DNA of 64,000 bases from an uncultured Pseudomonadota bacterium. GTDB taxonomy: Bacteria > Pseudomonadota > Alphaproteobacteria > RF32 > CAG-239. The DNA is taken from contig CABUUO010000001.1 of the NCBI GenBank assembly GCA_902494875.1, positions 192,295-256,294 on the forward strand, read 5' to 3'. Position 1 is the stretch's first letter. Every line of letters begins with the position of its first letter. The notes below the pieces were generated by a model. It saw only the letters and a list, made by a program, of their open reading frames with translations. It was not told where the DNA came from and did no database searches. This document shows positions 50,948 to 61,105 of the stretch, one piece after another. The position numbers and the translations under genes were made by a program.

Positions 50948-51355
50948 TTATTTGACCTTATCAACCGCCAACTGGAGCTCATTGCGCATTTCTTTCAACT
51001 CCGCAATAAGGGAAGTGATGAACTCACGGCTTTGCAAATCAAGTTGAACCTCTGGCACCGTTTCCTCAAAAAAATCTTTTTGAATTTCTTCGCCCAATAA
51101 ATTTTTTAATCCTTTTTCTTTAAAGAGCTTTTGAACGCCTTCAATCGTATAGCGTTTTTCATAAAGAAAGGTTTTTATGACTTTAACGATTTCAACATCG
51201 TCCGGACGATAGTAGCGGCGGCCGCCGTTTCTCTTCATTGGCTTTATCTGAGGAAATTTGGTTTCCCAAAAACGCAGCACATGCGTTGCGACTCCGAGTT
51301 CTTCAGCCACTTCGGCAATTGTTCTGAATGCTGCTTTGCTTTTGTTTACAACCAT
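50948..51355 (-). CDS. MerR-family transcriptional regulator
   Basis: 135 aa; [26 protein letters not shown]; directly downstream of ihfA, the arrangement conserved in alphaproteobacteria. Confidence 0.7.
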   Translation of the reverse strand: MVVNKSKAAFRTIAEVAEELGVATHVLRFWETKFPQIKPMKRNGGRRYYRPDDVEIVKVIKTFLYEKRYTIEGVQKLFKEKGLKNLLGEEIQKDFFEETVPEVQLDLQSREFITSLIAELKEMRNELQLAVDKVK

Positions 51356-51375
51356 TTATGCCTCGTGAAGAAAAT

Positions 51376-51660
51376 TTAGGCGTTGATGATTTTTCTCATG
51401 GTTTGAGAAGGCTTGAAAGAAATGACGCGACGGGAAGAAATAACAGCTTCAACACCGGTTTTAGGATTGCGGCCGGCACGGGCTTTCTTATCCCTCAAAG
51501 AGAAGGTGCCGAAAGACGACAGTTTGACATCGTTTCCGGAAGTGAGTTCCTGTACAATCTCATCAAGAATCATATCCAAAATATCTGTAGAATCTTTACG
51601 GGAAAGACCAATTTCTTCATAAATTGTCTCTGCAACATCTGCACGAGTAATTGTCTTCAT
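51376..51660 (-). CDS. ihfA: integration host factor subunit alpha
   Basis: 94 aa; HU/IHF fold with GRNPKTGVEAVISSRRVISFKPS arm. Confidence 0.85.
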   Translation of the reverse strand: MKTITRADVAETIYEEIGLSRKDSTDILDMILDEIVQELTSGNDVKLSSFGTFSLRDKKARAGRNPKTGVEAVISSRRVISFKPSQTMRKIINA

Positions 51661-51758
51661 TTCTTAATACCTCTATTATTTACTTATTTTTACTTTGACA
51701 GACTTATATCAAATCAGAGTCCGTGACAAGTCCGTGATGGTGTTTTATCCAGATTTAT

Positions 51759-52739
51759 TTAAATCCGCACTAAGGCGCCGCCCCAGGTAAAACCGGCTCC
51801 CATGGCGTTGAACACGACCAAATCGCCTTTCTTGATTTTTCCGGCTTCCATGCATTCGGACAGAGCCAGCGGAATGGAGGCAGCCGACGTATTACCGTGG
51901 TGATCGACGGTAACGACGACTTTTTCTTCCGGCAGACCCAGTTTTTGACCGACACCGGAAATGATGCGGATATTGGCCTGATGCGGGATCAGCCAGTCTA
52001 AATCTTCGGCCTTTACGCCGCACATGGACATAACATCTTCTGCGCCTTGTGCAAGCGAATTGATTGCATATTTGAAAACTTCTTTACCGTTCATCCAGAT
52101 ATGTCCGGCCGTTTGGGTCGTGGAAACACCGCCGTTAGTCAGCAGATTGTCAAACTGGGAACCATCGGCATAAACCTTAGTGGCCAGCACACCCGTATCG
52201 GCCGCCGTTCCCTCTCCTTCCACCGCACGCAGGACAACCGCGCCGGCACCGTCGCCAAACAAGACGCAGGTGTTGCGATCTGTCCAGTCGGTAATTTTTG
52301 ACAAGGTTTCGGCACAAACGACCAAAGCCGTTTTGGCCTGCCCCAAACGAATCATATTGTCAGCCATGGTCAGGGCATAAACAAAACCCGAGCAGGCCGC
52401 AGAAATGTCAAATGCAGGCGTTCCGGCCTTAACACCCAGACGGGCGGCAATCTTGGCAGAAGTAGCCGGCGTAGTATTATCCGGCGTAACGGTTGCCAAA
52501 ACAACAACGTCAAGCTCAGCCGCTGAAATTCCGGCAGTTTTGAGCGCCATCTGAGCGGCATTGAACGCCAGGTCAGAAGTATATTCCTTTTCGGCGGCAA
52601 CGTGGCGGCTCTTGATGCCGGTACGGGTGCTGATCCACTCGTCGTTGGTATCAACCATCTGTGCCAAATCATCATTTGTTAAAACTTTTTCAGGCAGAAA
52701 ATGCCCGTGGCCAATAATTTCAGATCTAATACACTTCAT
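51759..52739 (-). CDS. fabH: 3-oxoacyl-ACP synthase III
   Basis: 326 aa; Cys-His-Asn active-site context (SAACSGFVYAL; HQANIRI; GAGFTWGGALVR). Confidence 0.9.
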   Translation of the reverse strand: MKCIRSEIIGHGHFLPEKVLTNDDLAQMVDTNDEWISTRTGIKSRHVAAEKEYTSDLAFNAAQMALKTAGISAAELDVVVLATVTPDNTTPATSAKIAARLGVKAGTPAFDISAACSGFVYALTMADNMIRLGQAKTALVVCAETLSKITDWTDRNTCVLFGDGAGAVVLRAVEGEGTAADTGVLATKVYADGSQFDNLLTNGGVSTTQTAGHIWMNGKEVFKYAINSLAQGAEDVMSMCGVKAEDLDWLIPHQANIRIISGVGQKLGLPEEKVVVTVDHHGNTSAASIPLALSECMEAGKIKKGDLVVFNAMGAGFTWGGALVRI

Positions 52740-53775
52740 AAAATACTTCCTGAGATAATTCGTCTAAATCTACTTTTTCAACTTCAGAACGGATGGTGGC
52801 GACAAAGTCCTGACGGACCAGATTTGCCGCATTGCCGACAGCAACCGAAAAGCCCAGGGCATCGGTTCCGCCGTGGCTTTTAACGGACAGGCCGTTCAGT
52901 CCGACCAGCATTGCACCGTTGTAAAGCCTGGGATCCATCGTTTTTTTGACTTTGAGCATAACGCCCAGCATAAACGGCAGGCCGAGTTTGGCCAGAAAAG
53001 AATGGTTAATGGCGTCTTTCAGCAGTCTTACAACCAGACGCGCCGTTCCTTCAATGGACTTTAGAGCTATGTTGCCGGTGAAACCGTCGGCAACTATAAC
53101 GTCGGCAATGCCGTTGGGAATTTCGTGCGGCTCAATATAGCCGATAAAATCAATGTTCATGTGAGAATGTTTCATGATTCTGGCAGCCTGGCGAATCTCT
53201 TCCTTGCCCTTCATTTCCTCGGCGCCGATGTTCAGCAGCGCCACCCGCGGCTTTTTCACATTCAGGGCATGCCGTGCTAAGATGTCTCCCATCAAAGCAA
53301 ATTCGGCCAGATTAACGGCATCGCATTCCGTATTGGCGCCCAAGTCAAGCATAACATAGCGGCCGTAACGGTGCGGCATAATACTGACGATTGCCGGGCG
53401 GTGAATCTTGGTAATTGTTCTCAGCACAATTTTGGAAATAGCCATCAGGGCGCCGGTATTTCCGGCAGATACCACAGCTTTCGCCTCGCCCTTGCGGACG
53501 GCGTCAATTGCCATATACATGCTGGTGTTTTTATTACGGATGACCTGAGAAGGCTTATCTTCGTTGTGCACCACTTCGTTTGCGTGGCGGATTTCGCAGA
53601 CTTTTTTCAGAGCCGGATAAGTATTGAGGATGGGATTTACTTTGTTTTCATCGCCAAACAGCAAAAACCGTATGTCTGGATTTTTTTTGGCAGCGATAGC
53701 AAGCCCTTCTATCACGACTCTGGGGGAATTATCTCCCCCCATAGCGTCTATTGATATGACCAGATTATTAGACAA
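52726..53775 (-). CDS. plsX: phosphate acyltransferase PlsX
   Basis: 349 aa; ISIDAMGGDNSP N-terminus; overlaps fabH by 14 nt. Confidence 0.9.
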   Translation of the reverse strand: MSNNLVISIDAMGGDNSPRVVIEGLAIAAKKNPDIRFLLFGDENKVNPILNTYPALKKVCEIRHANEVVHNEDKPSQVIRNKNTSMYMAIDAVRKGEAKAVVSAGNTGALMAISKIVLRTITKIHRPAIVSIMPHRYGRYVMLDLGANTECDAVNLAEFALMGDILARHALNVKKPRVALLNIGAEEMKGKEEIRQAARIMKHSHMNIDFIGYIEPHEIPNGIADVIVADGFTGNIALKSIEGTARLVVRLLKDAINHSFLAKLGLPFMLGVMLKVKKTMDPRLYNGAMLVGLNGLSVKSHGGTDALGFSVAVGNAANLVRQDFVATIRSEVEKVDLDELSQEVFYEVY

Positions 53776-53838
53776 GAAACCTGCTCCATATAGAATTGAA
53801 CATACACAGACACACTTCGTATGTTCAAATGATTTTAA

Positions 53839-54030
53839 TTATTCTTGAGTAGCTGCTTTTTTAGCAACAACTTCGCGACTGTCATACTGTCCGCAGCTCG
53901 GGCAGACGTTATGAGGTCTCTTCAATTCGCCGCAGTTCGGGCACTCATGATAAGAATTTGCTTCTAAGGCATCATGAGAACGGCGCATATTGCGACGAGA
54001 TTTTGATGTTTTGTGTTTTGGTGTAGCCAT
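53839..54030 (-). CDS. rpmF: 50S ribosomal protein L32 (zinc-ribbon type)
   Basis: 63 aa; [22 protein letters not shown] with CPNCG...CPSCG. Confidence 0.9.
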   Translation of the reverse strand: MATPKHKTSKSRRNMRRSHDALEANSYHECPNCGELKRPHNVCPSCGQYDSREVVAKKAATQE

Positions 54031-54218
54031 TTTCTTATACTCTAGTTATTAAATTACACTTTTATTTTCTTAGCCATTAATAAACCAATTAGTTTTTTAA
54101 ATCAACTAATAAAACAAGGTTTATGAATTCTAGCTGACGTTTTATATAAAAATTTTGCATTTGGCAAGTCTTTTTTGCGGCAAAATGCCGCTTTATGCCG
54201 CCGGGATATACTTTAAAG

Positions 54219-54737
54219 TCATTTTTTAAGTTTTTTCAACACGCTGAACGGATTTAGCTTTTCCGAATCCTCGTCGTCGAATTCCGACTTGAAAACAAAA
54301 ACTTCGCCTTCCTTGCGGGGGTTGTCTTCCATAACCAAGGCCACCTGTTCAATGGCAATCTGGCCAAGATCTATCTGCCCGTTGACAACGACATCGGGCT
54401 CGTCTTCATTGAAATCAATCTCGAGTTCTTTGATTTCTTTCAGCGTAGCCTTGGTATCGAAACTGATTTTAAATTCAGGCGAATAGGTCTTGTAAAAATT
54501 TTCCAAGCTGATGACGCTTTTTAACTCCAACTCGGCATCTACCCGTCCCCAAACATCAAGGCGGTGTTCCTTTTTATACAGCTTGAGCATTATTTCGGCA
54601 CCAAAAGAACGCACCCCTTCAACCTGAAGCACATCTTTTAAATAATCCAACTCTTGTTTATCGGCATTCAGATGATATCTTCTTTCCGTTGAAGGAAGAT
54701 CATCTACAACGATAGGATAAGAAAAAAGATTTTGCAT
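54219..54737 (-). CDS. yceD: YceD/DUF177 family protein
   Basis: 172 aa, acidic; conserved position upstream of rpmF-plsX-fabH. Confidence 0.7.
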   Translation of the reverse strand: MQNLFSYPIVVDDLPSTERRYHLNADKQELDYLKDVLQVEGVRSFGAEIMLKLYKKEHRLDVWGRVDAELELKSVISLENFYKTYSPEFKISFDTKATLKEIKELEIDFNEDEPDVVVNGQIDLGQIAIEQVALVMEDNPRKEGEVFVFKSEFDDEDSEKLNPFSVLKKLKK

Positions 54738-54801
54738 TAATTTTTTCCATATGATATAAATTTACAAAAATCTTAAATGATATAACTGCAAGGAACCACA
54801 T

Positions 54802-55260
54802 ATGTCAATAAACAAAATACGTTTTCTGGGGCTGTTAGCGCTGTTTTCAATCTGCGGATGTTCCAACGACCTGTTTTTAACCCATAACGGCAATATGCCT
54901 TCCAACGAACGGATCGCCAAGGTAAAAGTAGGCGATTCAAAAAATCAGGTCATTTCACAGCTCGGCTCGCCCTCTTCCGTCGTATCTTTAGACCAGAATA
55001 CCTGGATATATATGTCGTCAGACATTAAGCGCGTGGCTTTCATGGCGCCCAAGGAAGTCAGCAGAGACGTTCTGACCATTGAATTTGATCCCAAAGGCAA
55101 AGTTGAAAACATTAAACGTCTGACCAAAAAAGACGGCGTTGAGGTTGCCGTCAGCGAGGAAAAAACCGACGCACTCGGTCATCAGCCCGGATTTTTTGAG
55201 AAATTTTTCGGCGGTATCGGCAACTATGCACCATTTCCGGGTATCAAAGATCAGATGTAG
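54802..55260 (+). CDS. bamE: outer-membrane lipoprotein BamE (SmpA/OmlA)
   Basis: 152 aa; lipobox LFSICGCS; SmpA/OmlA-like core; followed by a hairpin-T6 terminator. Confidence 0.65.
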   Translation: MSINKIRFLGLLALFSICGCSNDLFLTHNGNMPSNERIAKVKVGDSKNQVISQLGSPSSVVSLDQNTWIYMSSDIKRVAFMAPKEVSRDVLTIEFDPKGKVENIKRLTKKDGVEVAVSEEKTDALGHQPGFFEKFFGGIGNYAPFPGIKDQM

Positions 55261-55275
55261 TCCTTTAAATTTTCA

Positions 55276-55304
55276 GAAAAAGCGCCCCACAGGGCGCTTT
55301 TTTG
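55276..55304 (+). terminator. intrinsic terminator after bamE, at the boundary of the low-GC island
   Basis: A5-AGCGCCC-CACA-GGGCGCT-T6. Confidence 0.6.
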
Positions 55305-55468
55305 TTATATTTTATTCTACTTTTAGTTTTATTATGTATTTTTAATTGATATAAAATCACTTTTAAATTGCATTATTAAAAATAATAGGTATTATACCTC
55401 TGCATAGCCCCTGACCCGGGACAAAAACTTAAAGAAATACATTTTTTATGTTAGGCGTGTTCAGATAA

Positions 55469-56386
55469 ATGCAGAAAAAATATCCCCATAAAATTGCGGT
55501 TCAGATATTCGGCCATTTGCGCAGTTATAAAAACTGCATTTCCGCTCTGAAGAAAAATCTTTTGGATCGATATGACTGTGATGTATTTATGCATTGCTGG
55601 GACGTTTCGGACTACACTCAAAATACATCCGTCACTAAAGATGAGATTGCACATATTAAAAGTATGTACGCCTTAAAAGATTTTAAAATGGAATCTCAAA
55701 AAAAACATGAGCCCATGCGTATTCCGTGTCTCGCAACGAGCAAAGCACAGCACATTGACATTTATGCGATGAAAAATATGCTGTATTCAATGCAGCAGGC
55801 CAATCACCTGAGAAAACTGTATCAACAGAAAAAAAACATAAAATACGATATTGTTATCTGCATCCGCCCTGACATATATCTGAAGAGTCCCATCCCCCTT
55901 GATTTGTTTTTATCCGAAATGTCCGTTTTGGGCGCATCACTAAAAAACAAACGTTTTTGCGCTGTTAATTATAATAAGCGGCAAAAAAATTATATTTTAA
56001 GTACCGATTTGGCCAGTGACATTATAACCTTTGCAGAACAGGACACTATGGATGCCATTATATCGGCTCTGTCACAAATTGACTTTGTCAAAGAACAAAA
56101 ACGGTTTTGGAATCCGGAAAGTTTTTATTCTGCCGTTTTGGAAGAACACGGCATTTCGTCGTATGCCATTACCTATAATTATCGGGACAACTGGGAAATT
56201 ATGCGTCCCATATATTTAAAATCTTTGAATGTTCGGCGGCTGCGTAAAAAAATCATTAAAATTCATATCAACAAGCGGGAGCTGCGCGTTTTTTTATTTA
56301 ATTTCATTCCCAAAGAAGTTTTTAATTTTGAAGCCGTTTTTTTTGAGAAATTTACAATACAATTTTGCATAGGAATTCCGAAATGA
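55469..56386 (+). CDS. hypothetical protein, 305 aa; first gene of the low-GC island
   Basis: Track ORF in about 30% GC DNA; the stop overlaps the next start (ATGA). Confidence 0.5.
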   Translation: MQKKYPHKIAVQIFGHLRSYKNCISALKKNLLDRYDCDVFMHCWDVSDYTQNTSVTKDEIAHIKSMYALKDFKMESQKKHEPMRIPCLATSKAQHIDIYAMKNMLYSMQQANHLRKLYQQKKNIKYDIVICIRPDIYLKSPIPLDLFLSEMSVLGASLKNKRFCAVNYNKRQKNYILSTDLASDIITFAEQDTMDAIISALSQIDFVKEQKRFWNPESFYSAVLEEHGISSYAITYNYRDNWEIMRPIYLKSLNVRRLRKKIIKIHINKRELRVFLFNFIPKEVFNFEAVFFEKFTIQFCIGIPK

Positions 56387-58008
56387 CAAATACCATCATT
56401 TTATCTGCAGGAAAATTTAACCCCAAGAACATTTCAGCCGGCATGATCAGCGATCCCGGTTTGTTGCCAATCAGAGGTAAACCAGCTATCAACTGGTGCA
56501 TAGACTCTGCAATGAAAAACGGAGCTGAGAATATTAAAATTATTCTCAGAGAAAGCAATACGCGCCTCAGCCGCTTTCTAGGATACAGTTACCCCGAAGT
56601 TCAGCAGTATTTCATTGACAGCAACTCTGACTTTTCATCATCCGTATTGAACATTTTATCCGATTGCGACGAAAACCAGCCCACACAAATTATTCTCGGA
56701 GACACGCTTATTGACGAACCGTTTCCGGATGAGGCCGATGTTTTCTTATCTTCACCAAACATCAAAGCTTCCAAGCAATGGTGTCTGGTTACGAAAGACG
56801 ATCAAAACCATATTGAAAGAATATATAACAAAGAACGTGACATATCTATTGCCGGCAAAGAGGCCTTGGTTGGTTATTATAAATTTTCAGACACAGCCCT
56901 GTTAAAGAAACTCACCGCTCTGGAGTTAAAATCACCAAATTGCAGTTTTATTAACATTTTGCTCAATTATAACCGCAAACATCCGATTGTTATTAAAACG
57001 ACGCAGAGATGGTTCGACTTCGGCCATATCAGCGGCGCGGTTCAGGCCAGATTGGGATTGTTCAGCGCTAGGGAATTCAATTCGCTCAAAGTTGATGCCG
57101 TACGCGGAACCATTACCAAAATATCAAAGAAAAAACAAAAGCTTTTGGATGAGGCAAACTGGTATCAAAAACTTCCGGCGGACGTATCGTGTTACGCTCC
57201 CCGGGTTTTCAATGTTACCGAAACAGATGAACTTGCCAGCGTAGAAATGGAGCTTTACGGCTATGCCAATTTAGCAGAAACTTTTATTTACGGTTCCAAC
57301 AATCTGGAAGACTGGTACAACATTATTGAAGCGTTGTTAAAGGTGCATAAAGTCTTTGAAAATTATACCGAACCACAAAACAAAGAAGAGCTGGAAGAAA
57401 TTTACCGCAGCAAAACCCGGCAAAGAATAAATGACATTCAGAACAAAAATCCTGAAATTGCCAAAATGATGCAAAGCGATTATTTATCCATCAATAATGT
57501 TCATTATAAAAATTATCCTTTGTTGAAAAAAAGCCTAGATAAAGAAATTGATGCTCTGACAAACTATCCCAAAAGGACAATTGTCCATGGAGACTATTGT
57601 TTTTCCAATATTTTATTTGACCCGATGCATTATATTTTCAAACTGATTGATCCCCGCGGCAGATTCAAAACGCAAAGTATTTACGGAGATCCCCGTTATG
57701 ATATTGCAAAACTTCGCCACAGCATCGTCGGACTGTATGATTTTATAGTCGCCGGATTATACAAATTGAAAATTGCGGCTCCGGACGTATATGAATTTCA
57801 AATTTCTACGCCGATTTTAACTGAAAAGCTCGAACCTTTCTTTGACGAACTGGTTGTTGAATACGGATATGACCGCAGAGAAATAAAACTTATTGAGGCT
57901 CTGCTCTTTTTAACCATGATTCCTCTGCATGCCGACGACGTTAACAGACAAAAAGCTTTTTACCTTACTGCAATTCAAAAACTAAACGAGGTTTTATATG
58001 ATGAATAA
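56383..58008 (+). CDS. bifunctional nucleotidyltransferase / APH-choline-kinase-like kinase fusion
   Basis: The real start is MTNTIILSAGKFNP. The N-terminal ~230 aa are sugar-phosphate nucleotidyltransferase-like. The C-terminal ~300 aa carry the kinase catalytic loop HGDYCFSNILFD and IDPRG of the APH/ChoK fold. Confidence 0.55.
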   Translation: MTNTIILSAGKFNPKNISAGMISDPGLLPIRGKPAINWCIDSAMKNGAENIKIILRESNTRLSRFLGYSYPEVQQYFIDSNSDFSSSVLNILSDCDENQPTQIILGDTLIDEPFPDEADVFLSSPNIKASKQWCLVTKDDQNHIERIYNKERDISIAGKEALVGYYKFSDTALLKKLTALELKSPNCSFINILLNYNRKHPIVIKTTQRWFDFGHISGAVQARLGLFSAREFNSLKVDAVRGTITKISKKKQKLLDEANWYQKLPADVSCYAPRVFNVTETDELASVEMELYGYANLAETFIYGSNNLEDWYNIIEALLKVHKVFENYTEPQNKEELEEIYRSKTRQRINDIQNKNPEIAKMMQSDYLSINNVHYKNYPLLKKSLDKEIDALTNYPKRTIVHGDYCFSNILFDPMHYIFKLIDPRGRFKTQSIYGDPRYDIAKLRHSIVGLYDFIVAGLYKLKIAAPDVYEFQISTPILTEKLEPFFDELVVEYGYDRREIKLIEALLFLTMIPLHADDVNRQKAFYLTAIQKLNEVLYDE

Positions 58009-58384
58009 TGAAAAAAAGTTGAGAATATGCATAGATCTTGACGGAACAATCTGCGAGATCAGAAAAGATCCTCAAACTTATGCCGACGTTAAGGCCAAGC
58101 CCGGTGCCAAAGAACGTATTCATGCGTTAAGGGCCGCCGGCCATACCGTTATTATCAATACTGCACGCAATATGGGATCAACCGGACATAATGTCGGCAA
58201 GGCTCTAAAAAATGTCGGTAAGATGACTTTTGAATGGTTAGAGAAAAACGGAATTGAATATGACGAGATATTTTTCGGCAAACCTAATGCAGATATTACC
58301 ATTGATGACCGAGTTGTCCGTTTTGAAGACAACTGGGAAGAAATGACAGAAGATGTGTTAAATAAAGCTGCAAAAGCGAAATAG
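57998..58384 (+). CDS. small HAD-superfamily phosphatase
   Basis: 128 aa; DxDGT motif (CIDLDGTIC), later GKPN and IDD motifs; overlaps the upstream gene by 11 nt. Confidence 0.55.
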   Translation: MMNNEKKLRICIDLDGTICEIRKDPQTYADVKAKPGAKERIHALRAAGHTVIINTARNMGSTGHNVGKALKNVGKMTFEWLEKNGIEYDEIFFGKPNADITIDDRVVRFEDNWEEMTEDVLNKAAKAK

Positions 58385-58392
58385 GTGTTAAA

Positions 58393-59112
58393 ATGTTAAA
58401 TATTGTAATTCCGATGGCCGGTGCCGGCAGCCGTTTCAAAGCGCAAGGCTATGATTTGCCCAAGCCGTTTATTGACATTAACGGCAAAATGATGATTGAG
58501 CATGTTCTTGACGGTATAAACTATCCGAACGCACACTATACCCTGATTATTCAAAAGCAATTTGAAACAGAAAATCGTGACCAGTTGGAAAAACTTTCCA
58601 AACACTATCATGTTGCGTTTCTTTCTGTTGACAAACTGACACAAGGAGCTTGCTGCACGGCTCTGGCCAGCCATGAAATCATCAACAACAATCTTCCCGT
58701 TATTTTTGCAGATTCTGATAATATTTTTGATAATCTGGCCTTTCAAAATTTTGTCAAAGACTGTTTGGATCGGAAGCTCGACGGCAGTCTGCTTACATTT
58801 AACACGCAAGAGGCTTGTTTTTCTTTTGTGGAAACGGATGAGAACGGCTATGCCCTGCGAACAAAAGAAAAAGAAGTTATCTCCAATCATGCAATTACGG
58901 GAGTTTATATGTTTCGCCGCGGAGCCGATTTTGTAAAAAACGCTATAGACATGATGATATACGGCGATAAGGCAAAAAATGAATATTACATGAGCAATGT
59001 CTATAATCACGCAATAAAAAACGGAGCTCAAATAGGCATTTATGACATTCATGTTCAAGACTGGGCGTGTGTCGGCACCCCCGAACAATTGAAAAAATAT
59101 CTGGGAGACTGA
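58393..59112 (+). CDS. sugar-phosphate nucleotidyltransferase
   Basis: 239 aa; N-terminal MLNIVIPMAGAGSRF and C-terminal DWACVGTPEQL match the NDP-sugar pyrophosphorylase fold signature. Confidence 0.7.
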   Translation: MLNIVIPMAGAGSRFKAQGYDLPKPFIDINGKMMIEHVLDGINYPNAHYTLIIQKQFETENRDQLEKLSKHYHVAFLSVDKLTQGACCTALASHEIINNNLPVIFADSDNIFDNLAFQNFVKDCLDRKLDGSLLTFNTQEACFSFVETDENGYALRTKEKEVISNHAITGVYMFRRGADFVKNAIDMMIYGDKAKNEYYMSNVYNHAIKNGAQIGIYDIHVQDWACVGTPEQLKKYLGD

Positions 59113-59113
59113 A

Positions 59114-61089
59114 ATGCATAGTACCCTCTCCGAAACCCATTTGTTCATTCTTTGGCCGAACGGAAGACAAAAAGAAAAAGAAGTTATGGAAATTGTAAAG
59201 AAAAATTTCCAGATTTTGAAGCTTTATGAAATATTATGGTCGCAAGATAAAATTTTAGATAACTACACTTCCTTTTACGGCTTTGACCACTCTCAAAACC
59301 ACAACATAATCAATGAGCGAGGGGGGGGTATTTTCTACTTATGATTGTTAGAGACAATAATCCAAAGTACGAAAACAGAATGACTTCAAAAGGAATGGTT
59401 CCTGTTAACATTAATACATCAGATGTTAAATCATATATCAGAAATGTTATTTTTCAGGGAATAAACCTGCTTCATGGAACCAACTCTGAAGAAGAAACCA
59501 GACATGACTTAGCTCTGTTACTGGGACGCAGCCTTTCTGACTTTTTAAAAGAAACCAAACTTGATGGGGCATTAGAAAAATTATCTCAAAATCTTCCGGC
59601 AGTAGACGGATGGAAAAGTCTTTCTCAGGTATTTTATATTCTTAATGAAACATGCAGATACGCTGTTTTGAGAGGTTTTGAAAAACTTCCAGGCAATTTT
59701 ACTCCTTTTGACGGGGATATCGATCTTTTGATTGAAGACCCTCAGTGCTTTACTTATACCTTAATGTCAGCCCAGTCTGACGGTTCCAATGATTTCGCTT
59801 TTGCCAATTTAGTAAAAGTTAAAGACAGTATTTTCAGTTTTCATACCAAATATATAGGCGACGGTTATTATGACACCCGGATGTCGCAAAAAATTATTGA
59901 CACGAGACAAAAAAATAAAGCAGGCATTTATATTCCGTCTGATGAAATGTATTTTTACGAACTTTTATACCATGGCATTATACATAAAACCAATTATTTA
60001 AAATATGCTGACATTTTTAAAACCTTGGCTTCAGAATTAAAAATAGAAAAATTTAACCTAGAGTTTTCTTATTTAAAAAAACTGATAAATACGTGGCTGA
60101 AAAACAACAATTACAAATGCCCTCTTCATTTAGACCATACGAGAAGCAGGCATAATGAGAACATATCCGAAAAAAAACTGATAAAAGATATTCCCGATAT
60201 ATATATTTATCAAAATCATACGGATACAATCATCTTCAGTTCTTTATTAATAGCACGGCATCCGGGCCTAGCCTCCAGATATACAAAAATATGCGGTCCT
60301 TATCATAATTGGCAGCAGCATCTCTTGTCTCCGGAACATAAACTTTACAAAGAGATGTCTCGTAAGGCGGCAAAGGGACAAATTGCCTGGATTTTCAAAA
60401 AAAGATTTGGCCGGATAATGTTGACGACATTGACGGTAAAATCCGGAGAAACCATTTTTACCAGAAAGATATTAGGAACCCCGCAAGATATTGAATCTCC
60501 ATATCTGATTGTCACGGCAGATAAAAAAAGGAAATTTATTGCCGGAAACAACGTAGGAAATATCTTAAGTTCAATAAAAGATTCAAATATTCTCAAGATA
60601 GAACTGGAGAAATTCGTTGGTGAAGTTTTTTCGCAGTATCGTACCGGCAATGCTGCTTTATTGCAGCCAAACGCATGGGATGCCGTACCTCATAATTGCA
60701 TTTTAACCAATGAAAACAATTATTGTTTTTTTGATTTTGAGTATTCATTAAAACACGGCGTTGACAAGTCATATATGCTATGGAGAATTATCCGTCATAC
60801 CAATATGATAATACAAGACAAATTTTCTCTATATGATGAATTCTGCAAAAAGTTTAATCTTGAAAATAAGTTTTTCTGGTGTGAATTTCTGGATGCTAAA
60901 ATTCATGAAAGGCTCTTAGACGCATACTCTATGCCTCCGAGTTTTATTAATAAAATAAAAAAGTTTTTAATTAATCTGACGGTTACACCAATCGCTCAAA
61001 AAAATTTACGAGATAAATACAGAAAAAAACTGGAACGTCATTTTCTTTTTTTCAACCAAAAATTATGGAAAAGATATTTTATTAACTAG
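59114..61089 (+). pseudogene. large hypothetical protein split by a G8 homopolymer (76-aa ORF plus 582-aa ORF); G9 would give one 658-aa product
   Basis: ORF 59114..59344 is in frame 2 and ORF 59341..61089 is in frame 1. The frame-1 reading is open from 59317, across the G tract at 59321-59328. Inserting one G fuses ...NERGGG to YFLLMIVRDNN... without a stop. Confidence 0.55.
59321..59328 (+). repeat. poly-G homopolymer (G8), candidate slipped-strand phase-variation tract
   Basis: GGGGGGGG in a region of roughly 30% GC; its length determines the reading frame of the 658-aa gene. Confidence 0.6.
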
Positions 61090-61105
61090 CAAATGAGAGG
61101 TTTTA

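Noticed and set aside
53799-53827. A GAACATAC...GTATGTTC hairpin between rpmF and plsX.
   Set aside because: There is no U-tract after it on the coding (minus) strand. It could be an RNA processing or attenuation element, but I cannot support a terminator call.
54150-54190. A GCGGCA-AAA-TGCCGC hairpin with a T6 run, in the rpmF-yceD spacer.
   Set aside because: The U-run is on the wrong side for minus-strand transcription. It is probably just part of the rpmF promoter and leader.
55261-55468. The island boundary, examined for integrase or transposase genes, a tRNA insertion site and flanking direct repeats.
   Set aside because: None found. tRNA-Pro is 12 kb away and not adjacent. With the far boundary outside the window, the mobility mechanism cannot be assessed here.
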